64,000 bases of DNA from Phaeosaccion multiseriatum (taxonomy: Eukaryota; Protista; Ochrophyta, other classes). Numbering within the stretch: position 1 is the first letter of the stretch; every line of letters begins with the position of its first letter. The translations under genes were made by a program, and so were the position numbers. This document shows positions 59,401-64,000 of the stretch, piece after piece. Below the pieces are notes generated by a model, which ran no database searches, was not told the origin of the DNA, and saw only the letters and a list, made by a program, of their open reading frames with translations. Location: contig OZ218963.1 in assembly GCA_965112735.1 (NCBI GenBank), forward strand, positions 2,666,001 to 2,730,000, given 5' to 3'.

Positions 59401-60110
59401 GTGGAGCAGCTGCAACGGGCGTACCACAGAGACTTGACGAAGCCGTTCATCGATGGGGTGAGCGAGCGGCCCTTCGGTCTCCCGGAAGGGTTCGCCAGGT
59501 ATCATATCCGTTGGTGCTCTCCTCAGTGGGCTACCAGCGCAATGCAGGAGCAGCGTAGCTTAGAGCTGGACGAGGTGAGTGAGGGGAAAGTGCCCACGCT
59601 GGCGAGGATTGTGAAGTTCCGCTGGCGCAAAGCCACGGGGCTGCCACTGCGGCGAGAGTATAACGTGCGGTGGGCGGTGTCGGACGGCGGCACTTTCCAG
59701 ACCTGGGAATGGGCTGAGTGGTTACTGGAGCGGGGACACGCCAAGGCCATAGAGGCGTTCGAGAACGCCCTTCCGCACACTGCCCTTGATCCAGGAGTGA
59801 ATGTCAAAAGAGGGCATAGGTCTAAACGGGAAAGCACGATCCGTCTGCGGCAACATGAGAAGTGGGGCAGCGGGCTGGCGCACGAGACGCAATTCTATCG
59901 CTCGCATCTCGGCTTCTGAGGGAGCTGGCGGAAGAGGCGGGGGTGTAGTGAGGGGGATGTTAGAAGTGGCCTAGTTGGGGTCCCTTGGGGACCCAATCAG
60001 TAGTGTAACGGCCGGAAAACGGGCCAACAGACGGTAAATCAGTAATAAAAGAAAGGAAGCGCAGCCTGCGTGTGGGCTGGCTTCCGGGTGCTTGCTTCAG
60101 CTTCTGCTCT

Positions 60111-60629
60111 TGTAAGAAAGCATCCTTTTGCTAGGCTGGCAGCTATCCACTGAATATTCACGGGGGTAGCTGCCAGCCTAGCAAAAGGATGCTTTCTTAC
60201 ATGCCTGTCAGTTAAGGTCGATCCTCCCCCCCCCTCCGAAAACTCCTCCGAAAACCTTGGGGGGGTAACTACCTAGGATTTCTCCCACACCGAGCCCGTG
60301 AATTTCAGTGTCACCTCCCGGTCTGAATTCAGAGGGTAGGTACCAGTCTAGCAAAAGCACGACTTCTAACACAAGGCCATTGCGAGTTCGAACCCTGGCT
60401 GTAGCTTGTGAAAAAAGTGTGTTTTTCGGCGAAAACTGGTACCGGCTGGCACCCATTAGTCTGATTCCCAGACTGCGAGTTACTTCTCTCCACTATGTGC
60501 GGTGGGGGGGGGGGGGTTCGACTTCTAGCATTAGGGCTTGTGTTAGAAGTCGTGCTTTTGCTAGACTGGTACCTCCCGGTCTGAATTCAGAGGGCAGGTA
60601 TCAGTCTAGCAAAAGTACGACTTCTAACA
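60111..60629. mobile_element. HP-B/HP-A hybrid head-to-head element within the 3' LTR of X
   Basis: Left end TGTAAGAA (B), right end CTTCTAACA (A), junction ~60313, single TSD CTCT. Confidence 0.92.
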
Positions 60630-60675
60630 CTCTGCTCTAGCTTGGCTTTGAGGCTAGCTGTCGGTAGTTTCGACA

Positions 60676-61135
60676 TTTCTCATCAATACAGGGGGTGTGT
60701 GTGGGAGGAGCGGTCGCACACATCTGGGTGAGTGTTGCATAATTCTCATCCGGTTTTTTTTCGAAAGCAGCATGGAGGCTTGTGCGACAGTCGAGCTTCA
60801 GTAGGCGAATCCGCTTGTGTTGCGTGGGGACACGCAACAGTCTTGTCAAGGGGATGTTGGAAGTGGCGGATAGCTATTGGGGATGTTGGAAGGCCCCGGG
60901 ATAGGCATTGGGGATGTTGGAAGGCCTCAGATGAGATGGGCCATAAGTCAATGGCCCAGGCCCAGGCAGATACGGTGAGAACGGGTGGCGTGGCTCTCAC
61001 TATCCTATGTGCGTAGGTGGTCGTTTAGGACTAGCATGCGATAAGTAATAGAGGCAAGGCTGGCTGCTAGGCTGGCTTTCGGGTTGCTGTTACCTTGTCC
61101 GTGTGTCTAGTTCCATCCTATCTGTAGGCGACAGC
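60676..61135 (+). mobile_element. 3' half of an E element (LTR from 60915), truncated by HP-A
   Basis: Matches 35225-35679 plus the next few bases of the E LTR. Continues the half at 8129-8740. Confidence 0.9.
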
Positions 61136-61530
61136 TGTTAGAAGTCGTACTTTTGCTAGACTGGTACCTACCCTCTGCATTCAGACCGGGAGGTACCAGT
61201 CTAGGAAAATGTTAGAAGTCGTACTTTTGGCTAGACTGGTACCTACCCTCTGAATTCAGACCGGGAGGGTAGGTACCAGTCTAGCAAAAGTACGACTTCT
61301 AACAAGCCCATTGCTAGAAGACGAACCCCCCCCCCCCACCGCACATAGTGGAGAGAAGTAAATCGCAGTCTGGGTATCAGACTAATGGGTCAGCAAGCCA
61401 GCAAGCCGGTACCAGTTTTCGCCGAAAAATACGTTTTTTTCACAAGCGACAGCCAGGGTTCGAACTCGCAATTACCTTGTTAGAAGTCGTACTTTTGCTA
61501 GACTGGTACCTACCCTCTGAATTCAGACGG
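61136..61530 (-). mobile_element. HP-A cluster: partial hairpin, then monomer from 61210 truncated just after the apex of its right hairpin
   Basis: Hairpin and internal sequences of family A. Confidence 0.88.
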
Positions 61531-61910
61531 GATAAGGTAGCAGCACCCCAAAGCTGGCCTGACAGCCGGCCTTGTATCTATTAGCTTATCTATGCACTGT
61601 CCTAAACGACCACCTACAGGAGGATAGTGAGAAACGGGCCCCGTTTCTCACTGCGTTGCCTAGGCCTGGGCCACTGACATACGACTGACTTTCCACATCC
61701 CCGTCAGCCATCCCTGCACTTCTAACACTCCCCTGACAAGACTGTTTGTTAGAAGTCGTGCTTTTGCTAGACTGGTACCTCCCGGTCTGAATATTCAGAG
61801 GGTAGGTACCAGTCTAGCAAAAGCACGACTTCTAACATGTTGCGTGTCCCCACGCAACTCAAGCGTTTTCACCTACTGAAGCTCGACTGTAACCAAAAAC
61901 TGGGAAAAAA
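61531..61910 (-). mobile_element. Diverged E-like element fragment
   Basis: Homologous to the reverse complement of the E LTR and 3' internal region (e.g. CCTAAACGACCACC, CTACTGAAGCTCGACTGT). Confidence 0.7.
61747..61837. mobile_element. Solo HP-A hairpin (91 bp)
   Basis: 34-bp perfect arms, asymmetric bulge, CTGAATATTCAG apex. TSD TGTT against the E empty site GACTGTTGCG. Confidence 0.93.
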
Positions 61911-62405
61911 GTAAAACTCACCCACCAGTGTGTGACGTGGCACTCGACAGGTCACCCTTCCACACACCTGCCAGCCACGGCAGGGTGAGAAAGCCCAAGG
62001 CCTTAAACTCACCCTCCGTGGCTGTGCACGACTGCGCTAGCGCTGGCTCGTCCCCACCGTCAGCTGCTGTCCCAGCGTTGCAACCGTACGAGGCACTCCA
62101 TGCGCGGCCTGCTCCGTTTCCAATTGCTGCAGCCGATCCTTCAGAGAGAGAGAAGGCCCGTCCCACCAGTCCGGAGGATCCGCTTTAAACTCCTGCTGCC
62201 ACCGGCGCTGCCTTGCCGGATCACACTTCATCGCGTCAATCTCCTGCTGCAACTGCCGCTCCTCCTCCAGCTGCCGCTCTGCCGGATCACTGACCCCGTC
62301 GGGCCTTACCTTGCGCTTCTTCGACCGCCGCCCCCTCCTCTTTGGCCGCGCACCAACTTCGGTAGTGGAACCAAGACCACTGAGAACACCATTCACCCGC
62401 ACTAC

Positions 62406-64000
62406 TGTCGAAACTACCGACAGCTAGCCTCAAAGCCAAGCTAGAGCAGAGCAGAAACTGAAGCAAGCACCCGGAAGCCAGCCCACACGCAGGCTGCGCT
62501 TCCTTTCTTTATTACTGATGTACCGTCTCGTTGGCCCGTTTTCCGGCCGTTACACTACTGATTGGGTCCCCAAGGGACCCCAACTAGGCCACTTCTAACA
62601 CCCCCCTCACTACACCCCCGCCTCTTCCGCCAGCTCCCTCAGAAGCCGAGATGCGAGCGATAGAATTGCGTCTCGTGCGCCAGCCCGCTGCCCCACTTCT
62701 CATGTTGCCGCAGACGGATCGTGCTTTCCCGTTTAGACATATGCCCTCTTTTGACATTCACTCCTGGATCAAGGGCAGTGTGCGGAAGGGCTTTCTCGAA
62801 CGCCTCTATGGCCTTGGCGTGTTCCCGCTCCAGCCACCACTCAGCCCATTCCCAGGTCTGGAAAGTGCCGCCGTCCGCCACCGCCCACCGCACGTTATAC
62901 TCTCGCCGCAGTGGCAGCCCCGTGGCTTTGCGCCAGCGGAACTTCACAATCCTCGCCAGCGTGGGCACTTTCCCCTCACTCACCTCGTCCAGCTCTAAGC
63001 TACGCTGCTCCTGCATTGCGCTGGTAGCCCACTGAGGAGAGCACCAACGGATATGATACCTGGCGAACCCTTCCGGGAGACCGAAGGGCCGCTCGCTCAC
63101 CCCATCGATGAACGGCTTCGTCAAGTCTCTGTGGCACGCCCGTTGCAGCTGCTCCACACCATTGCCGCGCACCCGTTTCATAGACAGATACACTGCGCTG
63201 CGCTGCATGACCTGATAGTGCTCTTCACTCACCCGCCCATGCTGAGCACAGTAGGCCCCCAGAGATGGCCAAGGCAAGACTGTATAAGGACCATCCCACG
63301 AATGCTGCAGAGCCTTGAGTTGCGCTGACGGGGGCCCTTCGAGCTCTTCCCCTTCTTGCTGGGCGGCGGCACCAGGACGATACAACATCACCTTGGTTCC
63401 GGGTCGCAGGGGCGTCGGCCAACGGCGTGGCTGAGGCGTTCTTCAGCTGCAATCTCCCGTGGTAGTCGCAGCGCCTCGCATTGACCACCGCCCCAGCAGC
63501 AGCCAGACGTGCCCGCAGTTCGTGGACCCATGCCGAGGCAGACGAAAACGACCCGTCCTCCACTAGCGCCGGAAGCATCGCCTGTAGAGGCACCGGGGGG
63601 TGCCGACCGAACAAGGCGTAGAATGGCGCCATCCCCGTGCTCTCCTGCGAGCGGCAGTTGTACGCATAGGTGAGCCCGGCGACGTAGTCTGGCCACTGCT
63701 GCATCTGTGACTCCACGGTCGTCGCCAACATGTCCTTGATCGTGGCCATGAAGTGCTCCACCTGCCCATTGGCCTGTTGGTGCATCGGCGTCGTGAACAC
63801 TTGCGACGCCGATAGAACCCGCATCACATCGCCCATGAGCGCACTGGTGAACTGCGAGCCTTGATCACTCACCAGCACTGGGGGCACACCCAGGGTGGTG
63901 ACGACGTGCCGCACGAAGGCCCGAGCAATACCTTCCGCCGTATAGTCCTGTGCCCTCAAAGGCACCACCACTGTCCACTTCGTGAACCAATCCTGAAACA
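62406..64000 (-). mobile_element. Gy-EXO copy Z, 3' part (3' LTR 62406-62600; integrase and chromodomain)
   Basis: Near-identical to the 3' region of X, including the same 4-bp frameshifting insertion. Confidence 0.94.

Larger units (their letters stand above)
32969..60675 (+). mobile_element. Gy-EXO copy X (5' LTR 32969-33163; 3' LTR 59958-60675), full length but disrupted by nested E, Gy-EXO Y, HP-B, HP-A and HP hybrid insertions
   Basis: gag split across 33285-34518, 48177-48682 and 49038-49544. ORF2 49616-52794. pol 53412-59919 with frameshifts near 55800 and 59125. Flanks CGCG and TTTC do not match. Confidence 0.93.

Noticed and set aside
61918-62402. Possible gene fragment between the E-like piece and copy Z
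   Set aside because: Short, frameshifted and without a recognisable motif.

Overview
Eukaryotic, GC-rich DNA, probably from a stramenopile or alga (inferred from the CryptonF-type recombinase and the sulfotransferase genes). It is almost entirely a nest of mobile elements around a small island of host-like genes: a glycosyltransferase/sulfotransferase-like fusion, a sulfotransferase and a Crypton tyrosine recombinase. The dominant element is a ~12.4 kb chromodomain-bearing Ty3/Gypsy family (called Gy-EXO here), present in five copies or fragments plus a diverged sister. Its pol carries a DEDDy 3'-5' exonuclease between RNase H and integrase. It appears to self-prime without tRNA and to express pol by UGA-CGG readthrough. 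Two homologous families of tiny non-coding elements (HP-A and HP-B) are scattered through the nest. Their terminal repeats are ~90-bp near-perfect palindromes with TG...CA ends, and most have 4-bp TSDs. They occur as monomers, a solo hairpin, always head-to-head inverted dimers and an A/B hybrid, with AT-rich fillers at some hairpin apices. HP-A shares its first 10 bp with the Gy-EXO LTR. This hairpin-ended parasite/helper pairing is the best candidate for an undescribed system. Swapped TSDs and flanks also indicate a >=25 kb inversion between two Gy-EXO copies. Coordinates were counted by hand (expect +/-1-2 bp), no database searches were run, and the family names are my own labels.
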